From: Candidatus Obscuribacterales bacterium
Lineage (GTDB): Bacteria; Cyanobacteriota; Vampirovibrionia; Obscuribacterales; Obscuribacteraceae
NCBI GenBank assembly: GCA_965228855.1
Contig: CBDDIJ010000003.1
Span: 576,001-640,000 of the forward strand
Length of the DNA stretch: 64,000 nucleotides
Direction of reading: 5' to 3'
Under the pieces are notes generated by a model that searched no databases, was not told where the DNA came from, and worked only from the letters and a program-made list of their open reading frames with translations. This document shows, in pieces, positions 1 through 10,768 of this stretch. The position numbers and the translations under genes were made by a program. Position 1 is the stretch's first letter, and each line of letters opens with the position of its first letter.

Positions 1-369
1 GACATAAGCGCGACTGGCTGCCAGTGAGAGGAAGACAATATTTCGACCCGGCACGAATGTACTCGGAAGTTCCGAAGAAGCATTCGAAGCACCCTCCGCA
101 TCCGAGGCTGGAATGGCTTGATCAGTATCGGTGAGCGAGCTGAGATTCGCGAACGCAGGTCCAAGATCGATCAGATCCTGCTTCACGCCCGCCATTTCCG
201 CGATCAGTCTGGCGCTCTCCAATTCAATTATGTGGCGCTGACCGTAAGAAAACGTTAGTGCATGCACCTCGTCGAAGTTTTGCAATGCCCAGTACAAGCA
301 CGTCGTGCTGTCTTGCCCTCCGGAGAAGACAACAAGCGCTTTGTTTTGCGGATCTGGACTGATATTCAT
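1..369 (-). CDS. queC: 7-cyano-7-deazaguanine synthase QueC (5' part; runs off window edge)
   Basis: Not in the ORF track. Manual translation from ATG 369 gives MNISPDPQNKALVVFSGGQDSTTCLYWA...TFSYGQRH..ELESA...STFVPGRNIVFLSLAASRAYV. The SGGQDS PP-loop, YGQRH and VPGRN motifs are diagnostic of QueC. Confidence 0.95.
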   Translation of the reverse strand, partial: MNISPDPQNKALVVFSGGQDSTTCLYWALQNFDEVHALTFSYGQRHIIELESARLIAEMAGVKQDLIDLGPAFANLSSLTDTDQAIPASDAEGASNASSELPSTFVPGRNIVFLSLAASRAYV

Positions 370-491
370 GGGCAGACACAATTTGCTGATTCCGAACCGG
401 TAAGTATACCCTTTCAGTGGCAAAATCTCAGCTCTGTCACGATTTTGAGTTTATTTGTTTTAACGGAGCAGTTTATTCACGCTGCGAACCG

Positions 492-1220
492 CTAATCCTC
501 GTCGTCTTCCAGGGAGGTTACTTCTCGCCAGACGCCGTCCACTCCTCTTATTTCGTGGGGTAAGAATTTTGCCTTATATTTCATCGAGCGGCAGTCTTTG
601 ACGAAATAGCCAAGGTAAACATAGGGAAGCCCCAGTTGTCGAGCGCGTTCTACGATTGACAGGATCATCCATGTCCCAAGAGACCTTTTCGGCAGTTCCG
701 GCGAGTAGAAGGAGTAGACCGCCGAAAATCCGTCCGGCAGCGGGTCAACATATGCTATCCCGATTAATTGGTCATCCAGATAATGGCACCATTCTTCGAT
801 TGGAAAAGGATTGTCTGATAGCGAATTTAGGTGAGAAAGGGAGTTTCGAATGTCCGGTTTTGGCCAACCGACGGCATCGGCGTGATGTTCGTGATGCTTT
901 ACATAGAGGTCAAGGGTTTCTCTGTTGAGAGCGGCATCTCCAATGCGAATCTCAATGTCCTGGTTTGTCTTGAAAGAACGCTTCTGGCTGCGGCTTGGCG
1001 TAAATTTGTCGACTACGATGCGTATGGCTTTGCACTCGGAACAATTTCCGCAGACAGGGCGGAACAGAGCGTGTCCGTACTTCCTCCAGCCCGCTCGCAC
1101 TTTATCCATGTACTCGACGGGAGTCAATTCACTGACATACTCATATTCGAGGCGCCATTGCCTGTCAGGTAGATACCCGCATTTGTCAGGTGATGATAGA
1201 AACTTACCGACAACTTTCAT
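492..1220 (-). CDS. ATE/Bpt-family aminoacyl-tRNA--protein transferase (annotated as arginyltransferase or Asp/Glu leucyltransferase)
   Basis: CGYLP, GWRKYG...RPVC..C..C..IRI, SAVYSFYSP...RSLGT...IL..VE...LGLPYVYLGY....C.SM.YK motifs of the ATE_N/ATE_C domains. Confidence 0.9.
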   Translation of the reverse strand: MKVVGKFLSSPDKCGYLPDRQWRLEYEYVSELTPVEYMDKVRAGWRKYGHALFRPVCGNCSECKAIRIVVDKFTPSRSQKRSFKTNQDIEIRIGDAALNRETLDLYVKHHEHHADAVGWPKPDIRNSLSHLNSLSDNPFPIEEWCHYLDDQLIGIAYVDPLPDGFSAVYSFYSPELPKRSLGTWMILSIVERARQLGLPYVYLGYFVKDCRSMKYKAKFLPHEIRGVDGVWREVTSLEDDED

Positions 1221-1428
1221 TTGTGGGATTCTGCGGTTCCTTTCTCTCGCGCTCTTAAATTTTATACTTACCTATAGAGTACGAGGTTTTCTGCACGGAC
1301 CGCAACGACTGATTCGAATAGCTATTGTACCCTAATGCAGTTGCACCACTTCCCAGCTCGGAGAGAATGCAGAACCAAGCATCTAGCTCATTCTGTTTTT
1401 CCCGTGTCGGACCTGATTTCGGCAGAAA

Positions 1429-2604
1429 TCAGAACTGACTCAGCGAAGACGAGACTCCTGAGGTTCGATTCTTAAGTCGTTCAAGCGCGTCAGAATCCGA
1501 GCGAAGAAATACTTGAAAAAAGTCTAGCGTCGTTTCGCTTATCGTTTTTCGCGGATCGTCGTCATCTAAATATTCCGATGATAGTCTGTGCTCACCCTTG
1601 ATGCCGCCTGAAAAGGAGAGGTGATCGGCACCTTTGATTGAGATAAGAATTTTAGGCGAATTTGCTCTTTCATAGAGGAACTTTTTATCGTCACCTCTCC
1701 CTAGTGCTGGTTCTAACTCTCCATATTCGAAAAGAACCGGTATTGTGATGGCTTTTAAATCGTTATCGGAGTCGACTTTATAGACAAAGTCGTTCACCGG
1801 TCCGGATAGTGCGGCAACTGCTTTTATTCGCTTGTCTAACCGTTTTTCGTCGGCTCCGCTCAAAAGTAGACTCGTCCAGGCACCGAATGAATGCCCGAAC
1901 AAACCGATTCGGTCTATGTCGATTTTGTTTAGAAAGCGGTTGTTCTCGGTTTTGTTCCAGCCGAGCGCCTGTTCAATCGTGTCCGCAAGCTGGGAGGGGC
2001 GGTAGTCAAAAGTCGTGCGTCCTTCTTTAGCCGCTTTATTAAGACCGTATTCTCGCAGCCAGTAGATATCCCGGTTTGTTTTCATTCGCATGAAACCGTC
2101 GAACGCGACCGGCTCGTCTATGCGTGCGGCGTTGACGGTATCAAGGTAATCCGGCGCTACCACAATATAGCCGTGTTTTGCCAGAAGCTCACAAATGAAG
2201 AATGAACTGGTACCAGAACCGGTGGCACCGTGAGAGTAGAAAACGATTGGAAACTTGCCTTCGGCAACTGGCGAATCGACAGCTAGATTTGCTTCAACTG
2301 ATGACGGTCCTAGCTTGTACATGTGCTTACCGGAGCTGAGCGCGGATGGATACCAGACCGCCACTTTATACGCGACCCGCTGATCTTTGTACGGATGATC
2401 GGCAGCCAGGACAGTGTAACCAACATAGTAGTTTTTCTCGTTGGTTTGGAGCGCTGCCGTTCTCGTGCTCTGTGTAACCGTTTCAGCCCTTTCAACCGTT
2501 TTCGCATAAGATGATGGTGTCGAGGCGGCCGCCACGAGAAAGAGGAGGGACAGCGCGAGAGCTTTACTTGCGGCAGATCTTTTCCGATAAGATTCCCGTA
2601 GCAT
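1429..2604 (-). CDS. Exported alpha/beta hydrolase (dienelactone hydrolase/PAF-acetylhydrolase-like)
   Basis: Signal-like N-terminus; FPIVFYSHG, GYIVVAPD, GHSFG nucleophile elbow, GADHLSF catalytic His; ATG 2604 has a GAGGT RBS. Confidence 0.85.
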   Translation of the reverse strand: MLRESYRKRSAASKALALSLLFLVAAASTPSSYAKTVERAETVTQSTRTAALQTNEKNYYVGYTVLAADHPYKDQRVAYKVAVWYPSALSSGKHMYKLGPSSVEANLAVDSPVAEGKFPIVFYSHGATGSGTSSFFICELLAKHGYIVVAPDYLDTVNAARIDEPVAFDGFMRMKTNRDIYWLREYGLNKAAKEGRTTFDYRPSQLADTIEQALGWNKTENNRFLNKIDIDRIGLFGHSFGAWTSLLLSGADEKRLDKRIKAVAALSGPVNDFVYKVDSDNDLKAITIPVLFEYGELEPALGRGDDKKFLYERANSPKILISIKGADHLSFSGGIKGEHRLSSEYLDDDDPRKTISETTLDFFQVFLRSDSDALERLKNRTSGVSSSLSQF

Positions 2605-2840
2605 TGTTACCTCACTTTTGAATTTGCGCTTGCAGTTGGTGCGTCGTTTACTATACCGAATTTGCAGACGCACCGAGCTCTGTGCGTTTCATCGACTCTT
2701 TACAGCCTGGCAAAAAGCTGTCCAGTTGCTTGCATCGGGAAATAAAATAGTCCGGGTCACTCCTAAAGTTCGGCTGCGGTTACGTCGATTAGGCAACACA
2801 GGGAAAGTGTTCAGTTGTTTTAAGTCGCGAGGAGCGCACC

Positions 2841-3935
2841 ATGACTATGATCAAATTCAATGGAGTACGGAAGGTTCCTGGAAGACCAACTCTTGTAGAA
2901 GGCGTCGAGGGGCGGCGTTACGTCGACAACAAAATTTTGAAGAACCTGGAGAGCTCTCAGCGAGGCGGCGGCTACAACGCATATACCAGTTACACCTCAG
3001 CGAGTCCGTATTCCTACACTCCGGGACAGGCGCTCAACGATTTTGAGTACGGCGTCGACCAGGACGGCTTCAGTTCCGAACCTCTAACTCACGAAGACAG
3101 CCAGCAACATTCGTTCTTGAACGAAGAGGAATCCTCAGAGGCTGAGCACATTGAACCCTACTTCGAGGAGTTTCACTACAGTGAAAACGAGTGTTATGTT
3201 TCCGCGTACGACGCAGGTGAAATCTCCACGTCGCAAAATTTAGTTTGGACACAAGATAGTCCGGATGAGGCTACTATCCGGCCGCTTACCGACGAGGGAT
3301 TTGAAATCAGTGATTTGTTCAAAGCTTGTGTTGAGCATAACTCTGAGGTGCAGCGCACGATTGAGTTAAACATCCAGAGCCGTATCGATCGTGCCGATGA
3401 ACTCAAGCGAATTCGTGAAGAGTTTAGTGATCTCAATTTAGATTACACGGAGATTGAAGATTTCGAACTTCACGGCGATGCTCAAACTCAGAGTTCTGAT
3501 TACGAAACGATTGAAAGCGGGTATGTGCATCGCCCGTTCACCGCGGCGTTTTACAGTTCCACCCCCGCACAAAACAATCCGGTCACAGGTGGCAGAGCGA
3601 TGAAAACCGATATTCTGCGCCTGCCCCAATCGGGCGTGGTGCGTTCCAGTCGCGGCACTGTAGAGTTGCTTGTGCACGCCAATGGTTTGACTTTTAAACC
3701 GTTTTACAATCTTTGCGGCATGCTGGTATCAGTCACAATCAGCGATGGACGCCGCATCGAGAAGAGCTTTTACGGAAACTGGCGCTTGATCAGTTCCGAC
3801 GGTAAAGCGCTGAGTGAAAGGATTGACACTGTTTCTTTCGATAAAAAGGGCAATTTGTGGTATCAGACCGCGCAAGGCAAGCGAGTTACCTTTTTTGTCG
3901 ACGGTCACACCGAAACGTTGCGTCAAACATCATGA
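2841..3935 (+). CDS. Hypothetical protein (acidic middle region, beta-rich C-terminus)
   Basis: 364-aa ORF with a GAGGAG RBS filling the gap; no recognised family. Confidence 0.7.
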   Translation: MTMIKFNGVRKVPGRPTLVEGVEGRRYVDNKILKNLESSQRGGGYNAYTSYTSASPYSYTPGQALNDFEYGVDQDGFSSEPLTHEDSQQHSFLNEEESSEAEHIEPYFEEFHYSENECYVSAYDAGEISTSQNLVWTQDSPDEATIRPLTDEGFEISDLFKACVEHNSEVQRTIELNIQSRIDRADELKRIREEFSDLNLDYTEIEDFELHGDAQTQSSDYETIESGYVHRPFTAAFYSSTPAQNNPVTGGRAMKTDILRLPQSGVVRSSRGTVELLVHANGLTFKPFYNLCGMLVSVTISDGRRIEKSFYGNWRLISSDGKALSERIDTVSFDKKGNLWYQTAQGKRVTFFVDGHTETLRQTS

Positions 3936-3953
3936 ACGATTTACGCGCGGCTC

Positions 3954-5489
<1,536 letters not shown>

Positions 5490-5544
5490 TCAGGATACCG
5501 AATCGGGGGAGATTAGTCCATTAAATGAGGACCGAGTCTCACAG

Positions 5545-5733
5545 TTACGGCCCCGGATTATAAGCGGGACAGCATCCGCTGAAAGTGGCAATCTTTGCTT
5601 CCATCGATTTCAGGTACAAGTCGTTGACAAGGTCTACGAGGTAAGTGAAATCATCGGGAATGTCTTCATCCCATAATCTATCTTCCACTACTTCGAGGAG
5701 TTGTTGATAAGAGGCCGTGTCAGGAATTTTCAT
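5545..5733 (-). CDS. Small hypothetical protein
   Basis: 62-aa ATG ORF with protein-like acidic helical composition, ending GCCPAYNPGP. Confidence 0.5.
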   Translation of the reverse strand: MKIPDTASYQQLLEVVEDRLWDEDIPDDFTYLVDLVNDLYLKSMEAKIATFSGCCPAYNPGP

Positions 5734-6226
5734 TTTAAGTTCGCATTCTAGAGACCATTTCCCGGTCTGTTTGTATGAACGTTGCGTCCGAATTTTTTAG
5801 GAGAGATTATTTCGATATTTGCTACCACTTATGGTGCTGCTGCTTGGCACCGTCTGCGCAACCACTAATCGATTCGTTTCTCCACTGCCGTCAGGAAGAC
5901 CACACCGGTGTGGCTTCGCTACGAGATCACTAGATACACCCGGCTCTGTAAATGTTTCTCTAAAAGACGAACGAATTTGCAGTTTTAACAATTTGGAACG
6001 ATGCTTGCAAATCTGCCGACAGAGTTAAGTGTGAACCATATCTGGTGGCAAATTGATTGGGATGCGATGAACGTTTCGAAAAGCGCTGAAAAGATCGATA
6101 CCGGGTTTTTCGCGGACAGGTCCGGACGTAGTATGATGGACCTTTCTTATGCTGGTCAGGTAATCAGCCTTTCGATGCAGGAATTACGGACAGAATACCG
6201 TTCTGTCAAGAGCTTGGAGCCAAACA

Positions 6227-6643
6227 ATGAAAGTGCTTTTCGCGGTAGACGATTCGAAGTTTGCGGATCATGCCATTGAAACCGTCGGTTCCCGACCGTG
6301 GCCGGTCAATACCGAGTTCCGAATCCTGAGTGTTCTCGAACTCAGTCGCAGTGAATTTGATGGTTCCGATGCCGCGGTAATAGATAAATTGAAAGCCGAT
6401 GTAGAGGCAAAAGCGAAAGTGCTGGAAACTTTGCATCCTTCTGCCAAGATCGATGTTAAGGTACTTCAAGGACGGGCAAAGGATGCAATCCTCAGTCATG
6501 CCGAAGAATGGGGCTCAGACTTGATTGTCGTGGGTTCGCACGGTCGAAGAGGCCTGCAAAAGTTCCTGCTCGGCAGCGTTGCTGAATCGATTCTGGTGCA
6601 ATCACCATGTGCTGTCGAGATTGTACGGATAAAAGGCGCTTGA
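6227..6643 (+). CDS. Universal stress protein (USP)
   Basis: MKVLFAVDDS...DLIVVGSHGRRGLQKFLLGSVAE ATP-binding USP motif. Confidence 0.93.
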   Translation: MKVLFAVDDSKFADHAIETVGSRPWPVNTEFRILSVLELSRSEFDGSDAAVIDKLKADVEAKAKVLETLHPSAKIDVKVLQGRAKDAILSHAEEWGSDLIVVGSHGRRGLQKFLLGSVAESILVQSPCAVEIVRIKGA

Positions 6644-6710
6644 ACGTCGGTCAACCTGCGATCGAGTTACAACGGAAGTGGATGCGAGTGCGAATCAGGA
6701 TGGAACGTTT

Positions 6711-7184
6711 ATGAAAGTACTGGTAGCGATACAGGATGAGAAATGCGTCGACGTCTTAGGCGCCTGGATGCGTAAATATCCATGGCCCACGCCAGTGGAA
6801 TTCCGGGTGCTGCACGTCATTCATCCGGTGCGGGTTAATAGCTACATGAGCCTCCTGCCGGCTCCGTTGACGGACAATATAGCAGCCCAACGGAAAAAGG
6901 CAGGTGAGGCTGTGGCAAGACAACTGGCGGAGCAGCTTCGCGAAAGCTTTCCGGGTATTCCGGTAGACGAGCAGATAGTCGAAGGCGAGGCGAAATCTGA
7001 GATTGTCGACCAGCTAACTGATTGGAACGCCGACCTGGTGCTCTTGGGTTCGCACGGCAAGCACGGCTTGATGGGGAGCGTGTCTCGCACGGTCGTCGCC
7101 CATAGCCCGTGTTCAGCCATTGTAGTCCCTGTCCAGGCTCAGGACCGAAAGAGCTCGAAAGAGAAAATCCACATTATTATCTAG
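6711..7184 (+). CDS. Universal stress protein (USP)
   Basis: MKVLVAI...ADLVLLGSHGKHGLMGSVSRTVVAHSPCS; ATG 6711. Confidence 0.9.
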   Translation: MKVLVAIQDEKCVDVLGAWMRKYPWPTPVEFRVLHVIHPVRVNSYMSLLPAPLTDNIAAQRKKAGEAVARQLAEQLRESFPGIPVDEQIVEGEAKSEIVDQLTDWNADLVLLGSHGKHGLMGSVSRTVVAHSPCSAIVVPVQAQDRKSSKEKIHIII

Positions 7185-7231
7185 GTGGGTCTTTTGAGCG
7201 CTTTTGAAACTGGTGGTGCGTCTGAAGTAGC

Positions 7232-7660
7232 CTAGCGGACCAGTAGAACGGGACATACTTGCGTCTTTTTCAACCGCTCGGTGCGGGCCGGCAGCCAGCG
7301 TGCCAATACGGTGTCCGGTGGAGCATCGCTGAGGATAAGCAAATCAGTCTTTTGTTCTTGCATCAGGCGCTCGACCTCTGAAGCTTCTCTGCTTCCACAG
7401 TCTAAAGTCTCAATAATCAGGCGGATGTCATGTTCACGACAAGTTTGATAGGCGGCGTGACGGAACTTCCGGAAAAAGTGAGTGAAGTCCTCTCGAGAGC
7501 CTGAGCTTATGAGGTTATGGCACACGATGATCCTGAGAACCGCGCCACGCATCTCAGCTTGCTCAACTGCTTCACTTAACAGACGCCATGCGCTTTTGAA
7601 CTGGGTAATACAGGCAATCACTTGATGTTGTGTTGCTACTTCTTCGATAACCTGGTTCAT
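7232..7660 (-). CDS. Divergent USP-like protein
   Basis: USP-sized; DLLIL strand and terminal CPVLLVR; lacks the GSHG motif. Confidence 0.6.
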   Translation of the reverse strand: MNQVIEEVATQHQVIACITQFKSAWRLLSEAVEQAEMRGAVLRIIVCHNLISSGSREDFTHFFRKFRHAAYQTCREHDIRLIIETLDCGSREASEVERLMQEQKTDLLILSDAPPDTVLARWLPARTERLKKTQVCPVLLVR

Positions 7661-7812
7661 CCCGAATCGCCCCGCCTGCCGTTAAAAGTCCTGCCACCCT
7701 AGAATTCCAGCATAAGGAACAATTGTTATTAACTTGTGATGGACTTTGCTTACTTTTGTAATGACAACAGGTGTGAATGTTGCGTTTTGCGAAGCTTTCA
7801 GGTTTTGGTCGG

Positions 7813-9048
7813 TCAGGTTCCCACTCTGGCTATCGGTAGAGTGACCCTGAATGTGGTGCCTTTTCCCGGTTCGCTTTCTACCGTGACATTTCCCGAATGC
7901 CGTTCCACCGCAGCCTTTACGATTGATAAACCAAGTCCACTGCCACCAACATCGCGAGAGCGTGATTTATCTACCCGGTAGAATCTGTCGAAGATGTTGT
8001 TGATGCTGTCCGCCGGGATTCCGACTCCATTATCGGCAACTGTGATGAGAAGGTTCGCATCTTTTTGCTCTACATCAATGCGAACTTTGCCGCCTTCTTC
8101 GCTGTATTTGATGGCGTTTTCAATCAAATTATTGAAGATTTCGAGTATGGATTCGTGGTGACCGTACATCATGACGTCCGGGATGGGCTGCACCACGAGG
8201 TCTATTTTTCGCTCTCTGGCTATGGTGCCTAGCTCGGCAATCACACTTTCGGCAAGTTCCTTCACCGGCACATTGCTGCGCATCATTTCCGATTCCGGAT
8301 CTTCGATTCGAGCCAGGACAATCAAGTCTTTAGATAGGTGACGCAGGCGGTCGCTCGCGCGCTCCATCATACGAAACACATCATCGGACATATCACCTAG
8401 TTTGTGAGGGTCCTTCAATGTTTCAAGACAGGCTTCGATGGTCGCCACGGGCGTATTGAGTTCGTGACCTGCATCTGCAACGAAGCGCCGAAGCATCAGC
8501 AGTGTTCTCTCAATAGGTTTCACCGCCTGGCCCGAGAACAAATAAGCGCAAATTCCGACGCCGGCTGCGATGAAGGGCGCCACCACCATCACTACCAGGA
8601 AAAACTGTTCGATTGCGTCATCCTGCGGTTTGGTCGAAACCTGTAATTGGATATAGCCGGTGGTTTTGCCGTCTTGCTCAATCTTTGAAAACATTGATCG
8701 GAGGGAACGGTCGTCTGTTCGAACTCGCAAATGCCCGTTATGCAACTGAGGTACGCCTTCGGGACCGTACTCTTCAATCTGTTTACCTTTTACATCATAT
8801 ATTTGCACTGTAGCTAGAATTGGGTGCTTGCCCTTGGCTTCTTCGTGCCACTCTTCCAAGCTGGGTTTGCCGTTTACGGTTTTGACCGACGGTTCTATCT
8901 CAGCGATCAGGTCTTCCAGACCCACGTCAACCGAACGCATCAAGCTGATTTTGAAGACCATGAGCGACGCAATGCTATCTACCGAGTAGAGAAGCATGAC
9001 CATACAAACAAACCAGAGAGCGAGCTTGATGCGAATGCTATCAACCAT
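7813..9048 (-). CDS. Membrane sensor histidine kinase (OmpR-family partner)
   Basis: Two TM segments; DAGHELNTP H-box, NLIENAIKY, DNGVGI, IFDRFYRVD, GSGLGL; ATG 9048 overlaps the stop of the regulator gene. Confidence 0.95.
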   Translation of the reverse strand: MVDSIRIKLALWFVCMVMLLYSVDSIASLMVFKISLMRSVDVGLEDLIAEIEPSVKTVNGKPSLEEWHEEAKGKHPILATVQIYDVKGKQIEEYGPEGVPQLHNGHLRVRTDDRSLRSMFSKIEQDGKTTGYIQLQVSTKPQDDAIEQFFLVVMVVAPFIAAGVGICAYLFSGQAVKPIERTLLMLRRFVADAGHELNTPVATIEACLETLKDPHKLGDMSDDVFRMMERASDRLRHLSKDLIVLARIEDPESEMMRSNVPVKELAESVIAELGTIARERKIDLVVQPIPDVMMYGHHESILEIFNNLIENAIKYSEEGGKVRIDVEQKDANLLITVADNGVGIPADSINNIFDRFYRVDKSRSRDVGGSGLGLSIVKAAVERHSGNVTVESEPGKGTTFRVTLPIARVGT

Positions 9049-9721
9049 CGTCGCCCTGTAACTTGTATCCGACTCCATAAACCGTAGAGATAATGGATGG
9101 TTGGCCCGGGGTGTCAAGTTTCTTCCTCAATCTCGTGATGTGGCCTCTCACGCTATCGTTATGTGCCGAAGTGTCTGACTCCCAAACGTTTTCAAGGAGT
9201 TCTTCCGGGCTGAACACTCGTTGCGGGTGGCGAACAAAGAATTCGAGTAAGCGAAACTCCTTCGGTAAGAGGTGAACCTCGGAACCGTTTTTCAAAACTT
9301 TATGCTGGTCTGAGTCTACCTGAATGTCTCCAAGCTGGAATATGTTTGAGCCGGAAACAGCACCACGTCTCAGAAGTGCTTTGACTCTGAAATCAAGTTC
9401 CTTCAAGTGGAACGGCTTGGTTAAATAGTCGTCGGCACCGGCAAGAAATCCCAGTTCCTTATCCTGCAGCGATGTGCGTGCGGTCAAGAACAAAATCGGA
9501 GTCGTGCCTCTGGTGGCACGAAACTCTCGGCATATGTCAAAGCCGCTCATTCCGGGCAGCATAACATCTAAAATGATTACGTCGTACTTCGCGACCTTCA
9601 AGCGATGGAGTGCTGTAGGTCCGTCTGTCACTACTTCAACAAGATGATGTTCACGGGCGAGCCAGTTATTGATCAGTGAGGCTAGATCGAGCTCGTCTTC
9701 AACCAGAAGAACTTTGGCCAT
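9041..9721 (-). CDS. OmpR/PhoB-family response regulator
   Basis: LLVEDE, ILDVMLPG, GADDYLTKPF; winged-helix HITRLRKKL...TVYGVGY. Confidence 0.96.
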   Translation of the reverse strand: MAKVLLVEDELDLASLINNWLAREHHLVEVVTDGPTALHRLKVAKYDVIILDVMLPGMSGFDICREFRATRGTTPILFLTARTSLQDKELGFLAGADDYLTKPFHLKELDFRVKALLRRGAVSGSNIFQLGDIQVDSDQHKVLKNGSEVHLLPKEFRLLEFFVRHPQRVFSPEELLENVWESDTSAHNDSVRGHITRLRKKLDTPGQPSIISTVYGVGYKLQGDDG

Positions 9722-9790
9722 GTGAAAGAATCCCTGAGTGCTACCTATTAATAAGCCTAACAGAGGTCCCTATTCCTGTTTACCCGGTCG

Positions 9791-9808
9791 ATCACAACTC
9801 AATCACAA
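9791..9808 (-). promoter_or_regulatory. Putative OmpR-type tandem direct-repeat site (TTGTGAT-N4-TTGTGAT)
   Basis: ATCACAA at 9791-9797 and 9802-9808 (11-bp period), about 70 nt upstream of the regulator; related TTGTTAT-N4-TTGTGAT at 7723-7740. Confidence 0.4.
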
Positions 9809-10100
9809 ACTGAGGGCGGCCTGGAACAGACAAGTTCGCGAAATACTTCTCGCCGACTTCGATTCGACAATTTTGAGGGACGAAAAATTTTTTCGAGAGG
9901 ACTGTCGTGGTTCCCTGCTCGTGCTTAATGCCAAGAGGGCTGGGCCGGTGGCCATCCCTTCAGGCTGGAACGGGAACTCGACACCGCCAGTGGTGCAGCA
10001 ATTAATGTCTCCAAATCCATTTGAGGTTGAGCACCGCCAGCGCTACCATGTAGACCACTGAAGAACAGTTGCTATCAGGAAAGAGAGTCTAGGTACAAGC

Positions 10101-10583
10101 CTACTGTGATAGCCCAGCTCCGTCGCCTCTTGTTATTTCGTCTTTCTCTTTTACGACTTCAACCGAGCAGGGCGAGCTTTTGAGAACTTCTTCAGCGACG
10201 CTACCCAATAGAAAATGTGACAGCCCCTTGCGTCCGTGCGAACCTAATACTATAAGGTCTGCGTTCCAGCTCGCAGCTGAGTCGCAAATCGTTTCCGCTA
10301 CGATTCCGGACGCCACTCTGACTTCAACCAGGTTTCTTGGATGTGCTTGCTGAATTTTAGCTCCGCCGGTGCCGCTTATTTCCGCGCTCTCCGCGTACAG
10401 CCTGTCTTCGATAGAGCCGGGCATCGTGGGCGGCGGAACAATTCCTGCGCCCAGGTCCGCGGGCAGAGGTTCAACAACGTTGAGGACCATGAACTGGTCG
10501 TCGTCATTCCAGTCTCTGGATGCGACATACTCGAGGGCTCTCATTGAACATTCCGAGCCATCGATTGCGACTAGTGTTTTCAT
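10101..10583 (-). CDS. Universal stress protein (USP)
   Basis: MKTLVAIDGS...ADLIVLGSHGRKGLSHFLLGSVAEEVLKSSPCSVEVV. Confidence 0.94.
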   Translation of the reverse strand: MKTLVAIDGSECSMRALEYVASRDWNDDDQFMVLNVVEPLPADLGAGIVPPPTMPGSIEDRLYAESAEISGTGGAKIQQAHPRNLVEVRVASGIVAETICDSAASWNADLIVLGSHGRKGLSHFLLGSVAEEVLKSSPCSVEVVKEKDEITRGDGAGLSQ

Positions 10584-10768
10584 AACTCTTACCTCGGAAA
10601 TTCGCCTGGTGGAAGGCGAACAATCGATTTAAACTGTTGGCAGTTAAATAGCATAGTCGCGAGTCGCCTGTTGCTGCAATTCGGTTTTCCACATGAGTGG
10701 AAACGTTCGTGCAACACGAATAGCCGAGAACTTTTTCTCAGCACTTCAGTGTTATGAAGTCGTTGCGA

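Noticed and set aside
370..491. Possible preQ1 riboswitch upstream of queC
   Set aside because: An A-rich stretch is present, but there is no convincing P1 stem or loop consensus.
262..495. 77-aa plus-strand ORF
   Set aside because: Antisense shadow of queC, which has diagnostic motifs on the minus strand.
6116..6135. CAGGTCCGGA similar to the SRP RNA core
   Set aside because: The following AGGAAGCAG and enclosing helix are absent.
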